A DNA stretch of 64,000 bases from a virus (Duplodnaviria > Caudoviricetes), in IMG/VR virus record IMGVR_UViG_3300023070_000001, positions 1-64,000 of that record. One strand, given 5' to 3'. The notes below the pieces were generated by a model, which was given only the letters and a program-made list of their open reading frames with translations, made no database searches and was not told where the DNA came from. Positions 8,254 to 15,404 of this stretch are shown one piece after another. The position numbers and the translations under genes are program-made. Every line of letters starts with the position of its first letter. The stretch's first letter is position 1.

Positions 8254-9246
8254 TTACTCTGACGTTAGCAATTCCTCTACTACAGCTTCAAACTCTTTAC
8301 CTAGTTTGAGAGCCCTTACCTTATCCATAACGGATTCAATAGAGGTAACTTCAATAGTAGATTGCCCAACTGATGCCAAGAAATCATCTAGTTTAGCTTG
8401 AGTTGCTTTAACCTCAGTTATTTCTTTTATTCTAAATACCTGCTCTGCTGGCTTAGCCTCAAGTGCAACAAACTCAAATGCACCCGTAACAGAATCCCAG
8501 ATGGTAACTCCGACAGGTCTAGTGAGGTTTGATTCTGTCAGACTACCTCTTGAGAGTGCTCCATAATTAGCGAACCTGACCCCATTAACAACGTACTGAC
8601 CATGCCAGTCGTGAATGTGTCCATAGCACACCTGCACATTTGATTTTCCAGATGGGTTAACCATCTTAGCAAACTTACCTGTTGCATAGTGCTCGTAAGC
8701 TGGATTACTACCCTCTGGAAAGAATGGTGCATGAGTAACAATAAGTTGTGGAGTATCTGATGGCTCAAATTCTTTTAGGGCATCCTTTACAGCCCTATCA
8801 GCTACAGTATGCTCCGCATCCCAGAATTGCTGCCAAGGTACACCATAAACAGGTAGGAAGTTATTCAATCCTCTTGGTAACTTTAGGTAGCCCTCAGCTC
8901 TAGTTACTGCTCCTGATGAGAACATAACCCCAAGAGGTTGCCCCTCATCGAGACTTGCAAGCCTATCATTGGTAAGGTCATGATTCCCGGGTACAGCAAA
9001 TACAGGACAAGGACTAGACCTAGCCCACTTCATTGCCCTGATAACCAATTCATGAGAGTTACGACTAGGAGACTTGATATGGAAGAAATCTCCTAGTTGA
9101 ATAATAGCCTCGCAATTGAATAATTCAGCAACTTCATTGATTTGGTACAGTAAATCAAATAAGTCATCCGTGTATGCACTTGTGCAACTTGACGGATGAC
9201 TATTTGAATTGGTTAAATGCAGATCATTTATCAGTAAGATTTTCAG
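8254..9246 (-). CDS. SbcD/Mre11-like metallophosphoesterase nuclease, apparent CTG start
   Basis: KILLINDLH, GDFFH, GNHD, HAP, GHIH motifs in one frame; in-frame TAA just upstream of AGGAGA-N-CTG. Confidence 0.8.
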   Translation of the reverse strand: MKILLINDLHLTNSNSHPSSCTSAYTDDLFDLLYQINEVAELFNCEAIIQLGDFFHIKSPSRNSHELVIRAMKWARSSPCPVFAVPGNHDLTNDRLASLDEGQPLGVMFSSGAVTRAEGYLKLPRGLNNFLPVYGVPWQQFWDAEHTVADRAVKDALKEFEPSDTPQLIVTHAPFFPEGSNPAYEHYATGKFAKMVNPSGKSNVQVCYGHIHDWHGQYVVNGVRFANYGALSRGSLTESNLTRPVGVTIWDSVTGAFEFVALEAKPAEQVFRIKEITEVKATQAKLDDFLASVGQSTIEVTSIESVMDKVRALKLGKEFEAVVEELLTSE

Positions 9247-9547
9247 CGTACTTCTCCTTTATTGCTTTAACCTCGTCCTCACTCATGAAAGCTGCTTGAT
9301 TTCCTATATAAGTATCATCCTCAGGATATCCCTCAAGTACTCGGTACAGGAAGTCCCTATACCAAATCGACTTCATAAGCAGGCTATAAACCTCGCTACG
9401 ATTTAGTACAGCATTATCATAGATTCTTTGAAGATAAGTTGCTGATTCGGCATAGGCTGCATAATCCTTTGACAGGTCCATGAAGATAGCATACTTCAGA
9501 TCCTCATCGTTTCTATTTGTTTCAATAATCTTTGAATAGTTAGTCAT
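9224..9547 (-). CDS. hypothetical protein
   Basis: 107-aa ORF in an operon. Confidence 0.6.
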   Translation of the reverse strand: MTNYSKIIETNRNDEDLKYAIFMDLSKDYAAYAESATYLQRIYDNAVLNRSEVYSLLMKSIWYRDFLYRVLEGYPEDDTYIGNQAAFMSEDEVKAIKEKYAENLTDK

Positions 9548-9750
9548 AGTAGTGACACAACCTTTACAATATCCTCGATCTCAAGTCCTGTCATAGCTAT
9601 AAGCATATCTGCTTTTTGTAGCCATCGCTGATGAGTAAATTCTGTCCAAGTACTTTCTCTATTGACCTCATAAAACCAACCACAATACTCAGTATGATCT
9701 TGATGACATTGTGTAGTATGCAAAATAGTAGCAAGCTGAAAGTTATCCAT
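9544..9750 (-). CDS. hypothetical protein (H-x2-C-H...C-x-W motif)
   Basis: 68-aa ORF in an operon. Confidence 0.6.
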   Translation of the reverse strand: MDNFQLATILHTTQCHQDHTEYCGWFYEVNRESTWTEFTHQRWLQKADMLIAMTGLEIEDIVKVVSLL

Positions 9751-9765
9751 GGCCTGATTCTACCA

Positions 9766-10017
9766 CTACCTACCTAGATCCTCAAGCCTCTTGAGGCGGG
9801 CTAGGATTTCATCGATTTTATCATCATTCTTAGCACCTTCCCAAGCAGAGATATGTGCACCTACATTAGCATAAATTGAGATCATGAGAATCCAAAGAAT
9901 TGATTCAGACCAGAACAACACTGTAGGAATAGCTAAACATATCCATACTAGGGCTAAAGTAATGTGAATTGTAGTATCTGGAATACGAGAAAAGAGGCCC
10001 TTCACAATAGCAATCAT
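9766..10017 (-). CDS. two-TM membrane protein
   Basis: Two hydrophobic segments and a short coiled tail. Confidence 0.65.
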   Translation of the reverse strand: MIAIVKGLFSRIPDTTIHITLALVWICLAIPTVLFWSESILWILMISIYANVGAHISAWEGAKNDDKIDEILARLKRLEDLGR

Positions 10018-10043
10018 GAAAGGGCCTCTTAACTGTAGGAGAA

Positions 10044-10448
10044 TTAACTACCTAGTGTATCGACAATATACCTAGCCCAACGTGTAGCATGAGGATCACG
10101 ATCATAAGGTGTATCATTTACCCATAATTTCATTTCTTGCCTAAAAGCTTTAATGTTAGGAAAGATATGCTTGATTTTCAGAGTAGGCCAGAACTGTATA
10201 AACTCGTGCTCATCCATCCTACCACGAATATCCACAAACTTACCGTTAGGATGAACCACAAAGAAATGACCAAACAAATCAACATTCCCAGGAGGTAGAT
10301 CACTAAGTTGACCAATAGGCCAACCTGTCAGTTTCCAAATCTCATAAGCTAGAGCATTACATTGACCTTTTGTGAAGTAGTGAACAGTCTTCCTATCAGA
10401 GGTAAAGACTACATCACGTGTCTCAGGCCAGTTGAGCGTCATTGTCAT
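10044..10448 (-). CDS. hypothetical protein (FTKGQCNALA...H...DIRG)
   Basis: 134-aa ORF. Confidence 0.65.
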   Translation of the reverse strand: MTMTLNWPETRDVVFTSDRKTVHYFTKGQCNALAYEIWKLTGWPIGQLSDLPPGNVDLFGHFFVVHPNGKFVDIRGRMDEHEFIQFWPTLKIKHIFPNIKAFRQEMKLWVNDTPYDRDPHATRWARYIVDTLGS

Positions 10449-10929
10449 GATCGAAGCTTAACACGAATGCATCGATCTTGTCAAAGTCCTCAGGGCGTAG
10501 ACCTCTGGATGGATTTGGGGCTATCAGTAGGCTTCTACCATCTTGGGTGAGTTTATTGTAGAGATCACCACTAGTTGGTATAGCTACATCGTCAGCCCAG
10601 ATCAACTTAGCTTGAGGGTAGGCAAGTACATTCAATGCTGCCTGCTGCTTGTCCTCCACAGACATAGCCCTAGAACCCGCTGAGAGCAAATGTGGGAGCC
10701 CAAATAATCTCTCTAGCCCATCAGTGTGCCCAACCCAAGTAGTGGCCCAGATAACCTCTAAATCAGGTCTTCTGTTAAGCTCTGCTATCCTATCTATTAC
10801 CTTAGGTTCCCATCGCATAGTCCAGCTTACACCTTCAGCATGAGCAAACCCTCTTTTAGGTGCCCTTGACCATCCAGCTTTACTAGCGTTAAGAACTCCA
10901 TCCACATCTAGTAGTAACGTAAACATCAT
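10423..10929 (-). CDS. HAD-superfamily protein (Swiss-army-knife RNA-repair-associated HAD type)
   Basis: LLLDVDGVLN motif I, WATTW, WADD, P.RGL. Confidence 0.8.
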   Translation of the reverse strand: MMFTLLLDVDGVLNASKAGWSRAPKRGFAHAEGVSWTMRWEPKVIDRIAELNRRPDLEVIWATTWVGHTDGLERLFGLPHLLSAGSRAMSVEDKQQAALNVLAYPQAKLIWADDVAIPTSGDLYNKLTQDGRSLLIAPNPSRGLRPEDFDKIDAFVLSFDHDNDAQLA

Positions 10930-10938
10930 ATCTCCTAA

Positions 10939-10975
10939 TAAAAAAATCCCCACTCACTTTCATAGTGAGTGGGGT
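10939..10975 (-). terminator. intrinsic terminator
   Basis: CCCCACTCAC/GTGAGTGGGG stem followed by a T-run on the minus strand. Confidence 0.75.
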
Positions 10976-10980
10976 ATTAC

Positions 10981-11064
10981 TTAATGCCCATTAGGACATC
11001 TGTTAGTCTTGGATTTTTCTGTGTCCCATGCCGCATTGCATTTCGGACAGATTTTAATTGCCAT
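10981..11064 (-). CDS. 27-aa zinc-ribbon microprotein (MAIKICPKCNAAWDTEKSKTNRCPNGH)
   Basis: Hand-translated; CxxC...CxxxH. Confidence 0.5.
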   Translation of the reverse strand: MAIKICPKCNAAWDTEKSKTNRCPNGH

Positions 11065-11069
11065 AAGTT

Positions 11070-11156
11070 TTACCTACAACCTAGTGGACAACTGCTCCCA
11101 TTATATAACCTACCACATTTAAGGCAGATATTCTGTCCTCGTACATAAATTATCAA
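11070..11156 (-). CDS. 28-aa Cys-rich microprotein after tRNA-His (TTG start)
   Basis: Hand-translated ICLKCGRLYNGSSCPLGC; start at N73-C-TTG. Confidence 0.45.
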   Translation of the reverse strand: MIIYVRGQNICLKCGRLYNGSSCPLGCR

Positions 11157-11157
11157 G

Positions 11158-11229
11158 GGTGATCGAGGGGAATTGAACCCCCGTATTCCGAGTCACAGTC
11201 GGACGCTCTACCATTGAGCTACGAACACC
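11158..11229 (-). tRNA. tRNA-His(GTG), G-1 encoded, C73
   Basis: Canonical cloverleaf. Confidence 0.92.
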
Positions 11230-11302
11230 ATTGCAGAGGTTTTTGCTGACAGGATTGCATAACAGCTTGCGCCTCACCTCTGCTTAACCTGTTGTTATAA
11301 CG

Positions 11303-11375
11303 TCGCAAGGCCGGGATTCGAACCCGAACCTGAGCCTTCCAAAGGCCCCCGTCTACCAAGTTAACGTACCTCGCG
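11303..11375 (-). tRNA. tRNA-Pro(TGG)
   Basis: CGCGAGG/CCTTGCG acceptor, TT-TGG-AA loop. Confidence 0.85.
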
Positions 11376-11455
11376 TTATGACCTTAGCTCGGGTAGGTAC
11401 TCCCCTTTGGTCTGCTTCAGCGTCCTCGTTACATGTACCTATCGTAAATTAAATC

Positions 11456-11665
11456 TTAACCTTCGCCATCACTTAGTGGCACAAAGTCTTTATCGCCTAC
11501 CATAATCATATCGAAATTAGTACCGCGCCAACGAATATGGTATTTCTTCTTAAACCCGCCTTCAATTTTAGTAATTGTACCTCGGGTATTGGGCCTAAGG
11601 TGGGTTGTGTGAAAAGAAATCCTCTTACGGAGTCGAACTTCATCGCCTTCATCATACTTTGCCAT
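11456..11665 (-). CDS. small beta-barrel (SH3-like) hypothetical protein
   Basis: 69 aa; ATG 1 nt after the tRNA-Pro discriminator. Confidence 0.65.
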   Translation of the reverse strand: MAKYDEGDEVRLRKRISFHTTHLRPNTRGTITKIEGGFKKKYHIRWRGTNFDMIMVGDKDFVPLSDGEG

Positions 11666-11666
11666 G

Positions 11667-11738
11667 TCGAATGCCTGAGAATCGAACTCAGTTTATCTTG
11701 CTCCCAAAGCAAGCGGATTACCATCTTCCTCGCACTCG
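11667..11738 (-). tRNA. tRNA-Pro(TGG), second copy
   Basis: CGAGTGC/GCATTCG acceptor, TT-TGG-GA loop. Confidence 0.85.
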
Positions 11739-11824
11739 TTAACACCCCGCGAATTTATACTCAAGGCATAAACTCCGAATGTACTCATCCAAATGAGGCT
11801 GGTCCGTTTGATTACCCTATTGCT

Positions 11825-11936
11825 AGTACAGCTTCAGGTCTCAGACTATTATGAACCAATGTCCTGTCTTTAGGACTGCAAGCTGTGCTACCATTACACT
11901 AAGTACCGGGAGATTTGACTTCCCAGCTCGGGTACT
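11825..11936 (-). ncRNA. candidate tRNA-like RNA with an exact D-arm but no downstream T-arm
   Basis: TAGTGTAATGGTAGCAC D-arm, AGCTT/AAGCT stem enclosing two hairpins, GGTAC/GTACT closing stem. Confidence 0.35.
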
Positions 11937-11961
11937 GACCCCGCTCTTGCTCGTAACTACG

Positions 11962-11990
11962 ATCTTACATTACCTGGCAAGTTCTGTCAA
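11962..11990 (-). promoter_or_regulatory. promoter TTGACA-N17-TAAGAT
   Basis: Consensus match. Confidence 0.75.
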
Positions 11991-11996
11991 GTCGCT

Positions 11997-12155
11997 TTAG
12001 CGATAAAACCAAGGAACCTGCTTGAGTAATTCATTTACCTTAGCATTAAGTTCACGATACTTAGGTGTTTCAACACTACCCTTAGGCAACCCAGCACAAT
12101 AATCATTTAGCTTTTTGCGAGCTGCCTTAAGGGCCTTAACTTTATCATTTGCCAT
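11997..12155 (-). CDS. 52-aa basic helical microprotein
   Basis: Hand-translated MANDKVKALKAARKKL...; RBS upstream. Confidence 0.55.
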   Translation of the reverse strand: MANDKVKALKAARKKLNDYCAGLPKGSVETPKYRELNAKVNELLKQVPWFYR

Positions 12156-12323
12156 TTAGCACTTCCCTGGTTTATGTAGAGCAATACATTTACGACAGTT
12201 TACCTCTTCAATACCGTCAATGTATCGCAAACATATATCACCATCAGCAAATATAGCTGAACGGAAAAGCCCACACTTGGATTTATGCTTTGTACCGAAT
12301 TTTCCGCCATGTATAATTCTCAT
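12156..12323 (-). CDS. 55-aa His/Cys microprotein (IH..CG...VNCRKC)
   Basis: Hand-translated; paralog-like to 48-191 and 188-337. Confidence 0.55.
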   Translation of the reverse strand: MRIIHGGKFGTKHKSKCGLFRSAIFADGDICLRYIDGIEEVNCRKCIALHKPGKC

Positions 12324-12460
12324 TAGCGAACCTTTGCGCTACAGAAACAAATGCAGGGTTTCTTTTCTGTACGTGAAATACAAGCTTCACGTGGATGGGT
12401 ATCATTAGTACAAGGCCAGCAAACTGTAACCTTTTCCTTTTTCTTCTTTTTAAATCCCAT
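12323..12460 (-). CDS. 45-aa Cys-rich basic microprotein
   Basis: Hand-translated CWPC...H...C...CICFC; ATG directly after the closing stem of the 12462-12589 RNA. Confidence 0.55.
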   Translation of the reverse strand: MGFKKKKKEKVTVCWPCTNDTHPREACISRTEKKPCICFCSAKVR

Positions 12461-12461
12461 G

Positions 12462-12589
12462 CGTGAGTGCGGCGCTACGAATATCCGCTTCTGCTACTCT
12501 CTTTCGCCTACTAGGTTCGGGCCTGCCTGTAACGGCCAGCCCTACTACGATCAGCTCCGATTTCGCTATGTTACTATACACTAACTCAC
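12462..12589 (-). ncRNA. candidate tRNA-framed structured RNA (~128 nt)
   Basis: GTGAGT/ACTCAC closing stem, TA-GTGT-ATAGTA-ACAT D-like arm, internal hairpins, GCGG/CCGC arm with TTCGTAG loop. Confidence 0.4.
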
Positions 12590-12642
12590 TCATCAGGGTA
12601 ATTACTCCTGATGCAACATAAGGTTGATCAGACCTTAATGCG

Positions 12643-12763
12643 TGGACTGAGAGGGATTCGAACCCTGCCTACACGTGATTGCTCCTAGCATCTAAAATAA
12701 TTCTGACAGATTGTACTGTAGCTATCAGCGTCTAGCAGAATCAAATAGAAGCGTTGTCAGCCC
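12643..12763 (-). ncRNA. mini tmRNA-like RNA (alanine-identity tRNA-like domain, ~121 nt)
   Basis: GGGCTGA/TCAGTCC acceptor with G3-U70 and A73, stemless D-loop, AGGG-TTCGAAT-CCCT T-arm, no anticodon arm, internal frame TAGAC|GCT...TAG. Confidence 0.55.
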
Positions 12764-12858
12764 AAGTTCTGAAGAATGGTAGTATTGGCTCGCTTACTAC
12801 CCATCCTTATCCCTTAACTTAGAATCGATAAGCGAGTGTTAATTCTAAGCTTACAGAG

Positions 12859-12931
12859 TGGACATTAGCCGTATCGAACGGCTCAGGACGTTCCCCTATG
12901 AAAGCAGGAGCCCTGCCGACCTTAGATGCCC
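12859..12931 (-). tRNA. atypical tRNA-like gene (G3-U70 acceptor, ambiguous TTC anticodon loop)
   Basis: GGGCAT/ATGTCC-A acceptor, AGCCG-TTCGATA-CGGCT T-arm, weak D-stem, 6-7 nt loop CTTTCA(T). Confidence 0.4.
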
Positions 12932-13001
12932 ATGTGCTGGTTCAAACATTGTTTTCGCAATGGAGGAAGGTTGTACCAGCAACTCCGTCCCTGTTAGCTC
13001 T

Positions 13002-13030
13002 AGCCTAACACCTCGCTAGTGGGCTGTCAA
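13002..13030 (-). promoter_or_regulatory. promoter TTGACA-N17-TAGGCT
   Basis: Consensus match upstream of the atypical RNA cluster. Confidence 0.75.
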
Positions 13031-13206
13031 GTAGCGGGCTCAGCTCCACATAGCATGTTCTGACATCTAATACCTTCCCAATCTCCACCATCATGTATCC
13101 ACCCGGTAGATGAATAGTCAGCCTTGACTATTAGATGCCCGCAGTTCTTACAGCTTTTCTTTCGTTTATTTATTTTATCCCAGTACTTAGCGTCAAACTT
13201 ATCCAT
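13027..13206 (-). CDS. small Cys-containing protein (CKNCGH...W.H...C..C)
   Basis: ORF in an operon. Confidence 0.55.
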   Translation of the reverse strand: MDKFDAKYWDKINKRKKSCKNCGHLIVKADYSSTGWIHDGGDWEGIRCQNMLCGAEPAT

Positions 13207-13633
13207 AGATATCAAACTCGTTTTCATATAGGAATGTTTCTGTAGCTATTCCAGCAGCTTTAGCTAGGTCTCTACAACTAGTAGCGCCCTTGGACTTGTT
13301 CCTGATGAAAGCGAGACATATATCTGGGTTAGTATTAACCATAAGTTTATTACGTCTAAACCCTGCGCTTTTACCGAAGCTAGCCCAATTAGCATCATGC
13401 CTTTCGACATTCACACGCATTACTTGAGTAGCAAAGTTATCTGCTATAGCATCTGCACCACGAGGACAGTTACCATGTACGATAGTTAACCAATCAATCG
13501 GACCTTTCTCAAGCCCTGGATGATCCTTGATCCAATCTATCACAGCTTCAACGATTCTACCAGAAACACTTTCATATAGGTCCCAGTCTCGGGAGCCTGT
13601 TATCAGTAACCTCATGTACCACACCTTAGACAT
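13199..13633 (-). CDS. SLOG-family protein (DUF2493/YspA-like)
   Basis: LLITGSRDW, IVHG..RGADAIA, ANW..GKSAGFRRN.LMV. Confidence 0.85.
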   Translation of the reverse strand: MSKVWYMRLLITGSRDWDLYESVSGRIVEAVIDWIKDHPGLEKGPIDWLTIVHGNCPRGADAIADNFATQVMRVNVERHDANWASFGKSAGFRRNKLMVNTNPDICLAFIRNKSKGATSCRDLAKAAGIATETFLYENEFDIYG

Positions 13634-13839
13634 GCATACTCTACTAGATCGCCACAATCAACACATAGAGCTTTTTCGCATACAGGGCAGTTACCTTTAG
13701 CATCTAAATATCTAACTCCGCAAGGGCGCTCTTTATAAGCTCCGCATAGAGTTAGCTTAGGGCTACACAGGCAAACAATATGGCAGAATGAAACATTGTC
13801 ATCTGTAATTTGTGGCTTATCTAATACTGCACCTTGCAT
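13612..13839 (-). CDS. Cys-rich hypothetical protein
   Basis: 75 aa, multiple CxxC. Confidence 0.55.
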   Translation of the reverse strand: MQGAVLDKPQITDDNVSFCHIVCLCSPKLTLCGAYKERPCGVRYLDAKGNCPVCEKALCVDCGDLVEYACLRCGT

Positions 13840-13919
13840 TATAGATCACCTAATACCCATAAAATAATTAAGGTGCCCAACCCAATTACTATGAGCGAGA
13901 CACCTATACCGACAATCAT
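13839..13919 (-). CDS. 26-aa transmembrane peptide
   Basis: Hand-translated MIVGIGVSLIVIGLGTLIILWVLGDL; stop/start overlap. Confidence 0.45.
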   Translation of the reverse strand: MIVGIGVSLIVIGLGTLIILWVLGDL

Positions 13920-13921
13920 AC

Positions 13922-14110
13922 TTAAATATCAAATTCCCCAGCTTTAACGCCTGCAATAAAAGCTTTCCACTCATCTTCAGTGAAAAGTACTTTAACATCA
14001 GGAGCGAGGTTGTTTCGAACAGCAATCCAAATAGGATTAGTTTCCAAAACAGTTACCTCAACACAGGCGTTAGTACCGCAGTAGCTTGATTTTACCCAAG
14101 TTGTATTCAA
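13922..14110 (-). CDS. DUF397 family protein (BldB-like actinomycete family)
   Basis: WVKSSYC..NACVEV...AVRN...L.FT.DEW.AFIAGVK. Confidence 0.9.
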   Translation of the reverse strand: MNTTWVKSSYCGTNACVEVTVLETNPIWIAVRNNLAPDVKVLFTEDEWKAFIAGVKAGEFDI

Positions 14111-14200
14111 CTATGACCTCTCAATAAGCCACTTAGCAGCCAAAGTTATCAGAATAGCTACTCCGATAGCTATTGGAATCGAAATTATAAATTCCCACAT
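14111..14200 (-). CDS. 29-aa transmembrane peptide after tRNA-Glu
   Basis: Hand-translated MWEFIISIPIAIGVAILITLAAKWLIERS; N73-C-ATG. Confidence 0.55.
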   Translation of the reverse strand: MWEFIISIPIAIGVAILITLAAKWLIERS

Positions 14201-14201
14201 G

Positions 14202-14275
14202 TAGAGCGAATGGGATTCGAACCCACATTTTCCAGATTGAAAGTCTGGCATCCTAAACCATTAGACGACCGCTCC
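14202..14275 (-). tRNA. tRNA-Glu(TTC)
   Basis: Canonical cloverleaf. Confidence 0.92.
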
Positions 14276-14341
14276 AGGCTGGCAAGAAAAATACTTTTAT
14301 TGTTACGTCTGCCATTCGCAACCGCTAGATGTTGCGCAGAG

Positions 14342-14415
14342 TACTCCGTACGGGATTCGAACCCGTATTCTCTTCCTTGAGAGGGAAGCGAGATAAACCA
14401 TTACTCTAACGGAGC
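14342..14415 (-). tRNA. tRNA-Glu(CTC)
   Basis: Canonical cloverleaf. Confidence 0.92.
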
Positions 14416-14469
14416 ATGTTGTAAGCGACTCTGTTTCCAGCTTTCGGGTGTCCGTCGCTTACAAGTACT

Positions 14470-14498
14470 ACCTTACCTTAAAACTTTACCCCTGTCAA
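14470..14498 (-). promoter_or_regulatory. promoter TTGACA-N17-TAAGGT
   Basis: Consensus match. Confidence 0.8.
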
Positions 14499-14500
14499 GC

Positions 14501-14980
14501 TCAGTAATCTGAAGAACTTGAACTAGATCCTGAATCTGAACTGCTTGAGCTAGATGATCCGCTATCTGAACTGTAGCTTGAAGAGTTACCTGAATCAGAT
14601 GATCCACTAGAGTAGTTAGATCCTGAATCAGAGCTGCTTGAAGAAGGTGCCTCATATGAGCTACTACGATCAGGCTCAGAGTAACCTGAATCAGAACCCC
14701 AGTAACCAAAGTCAGCAGGCTCAGATACGGCTACATAATCATCTGAGGGGGAGTCATCATACTTCTTACGAGGCTTCTCTACAACAGGCTTAGTACGGGT
14801 TACAGGCTTGCGAGGCTCAGTAACGATATTACGGGAGGTATAAGCACTACCGGTATAGGTGTGAGGCTGTGAATACACAGATGCCTGCACCTTGTTAGGC
14901 TTACGACTCTTAGACTTAACTACCTTGTATACTACAAAGGCAATAATAGCAAGAGCTAGGATTACTAGAAGAAACTTCAT
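14501..14980 (-). CDS. membrane-anchored protein with Ser-rich tail
   Basis: N-terminal TM helix; SSSSSDSGS repeats. Confidence 0.75.
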   Translation of the reverse strand: MKFLLVILALAIIAFVVYKVVKSKSRKPNKVQASVYSQPHTYTGSAYTSRNIVTEPRKPVTRTKPVVEKPRKKYDDSPSDDYVAVSEPADFGYWGSDSGYSEPDRSSSYEAPSSSSSDSGSNYSSGSSDSGNSSSYSSDSGSSSSSSSDSGSSSSSSDY

Positions 14981-15038
14981 GATTCTCACATTCCGTGAAG
15001 GTTGTCTTACTTACTGACATTATCCTAGCAGACTTGCT

Positions 15039-15404
15039 CTAGCGATGCAAGCCTAGAGTTTCACGCTTCATCTCTTCAGTCATAATGCATTTAAGATCCT
15101 TGAATACCCAATTAGGTACCTTAACTCCATAGCAGACATCACCATCATAGTTAAGTGCCTCTACCCTGACCTTAATATGACCTTCAAGTAGGCCATCAGA
15201 ATCCTTGAAGGCGTGAAGAGCATAAAGCTTAGCCATCACAGTAGGAATCTCATCATAGTAGACTCTATACCATGAGCCTCTATTCTGCCAGATAGTACCT
15301 AAGCCATAAAAGTCAGTAAAGAATGCCAGCACTAAAGCAATTAGGGCTGTAATCCAAATCCAATCAGGCACAGTCGTAGAACCTACTTCCACCTGATGCT
15401 GCAT
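15039..15404 (-). CDS. membrane protein
   Basis: One TM segment near the N-terminus. Confidence 0.55.
   Translation of the reverse strand: MQHQVEVGSTTVPDWIWITALIALVLAFFTDFYGLGTIWQNRGSWYRVYYDEIPTVMAKLYALHAFKDSDGLLEGHIKVRVEALNYDGDVCYGVKVPNWVFKDLKCIMTEEMKRETLGLHR

Noticed and set aside
12544-12602. Hammerhead-like core (CTGATGA...GAAA...ATC) overlapping the 12462-12589 RNA
   Set aside because: Needs an extra C between stem I and the core, and stem II is irregular. CTGATG is sequestered by a 7-bp CATCAGG/CCTGATG hairpin, and the tRNA-framed fold explains the region better. A co-transcriptional cleavage test after position 12549 would settle it.
12859-12931. Reading the atypical tRNA as a UCA opal suppressor implying genetic recoding
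   Set aside because: The stem pairs poorly in that register, and TGA terminates many genes normally with no in-frame TGA in conserved proteins.
14473-14709. Alternative-frame ORF within the Ser-rich gene, and 32988-33293 within the SSB gene
   Set aside because: Shadow frames of low-complexity or strongly biased coding sequence.
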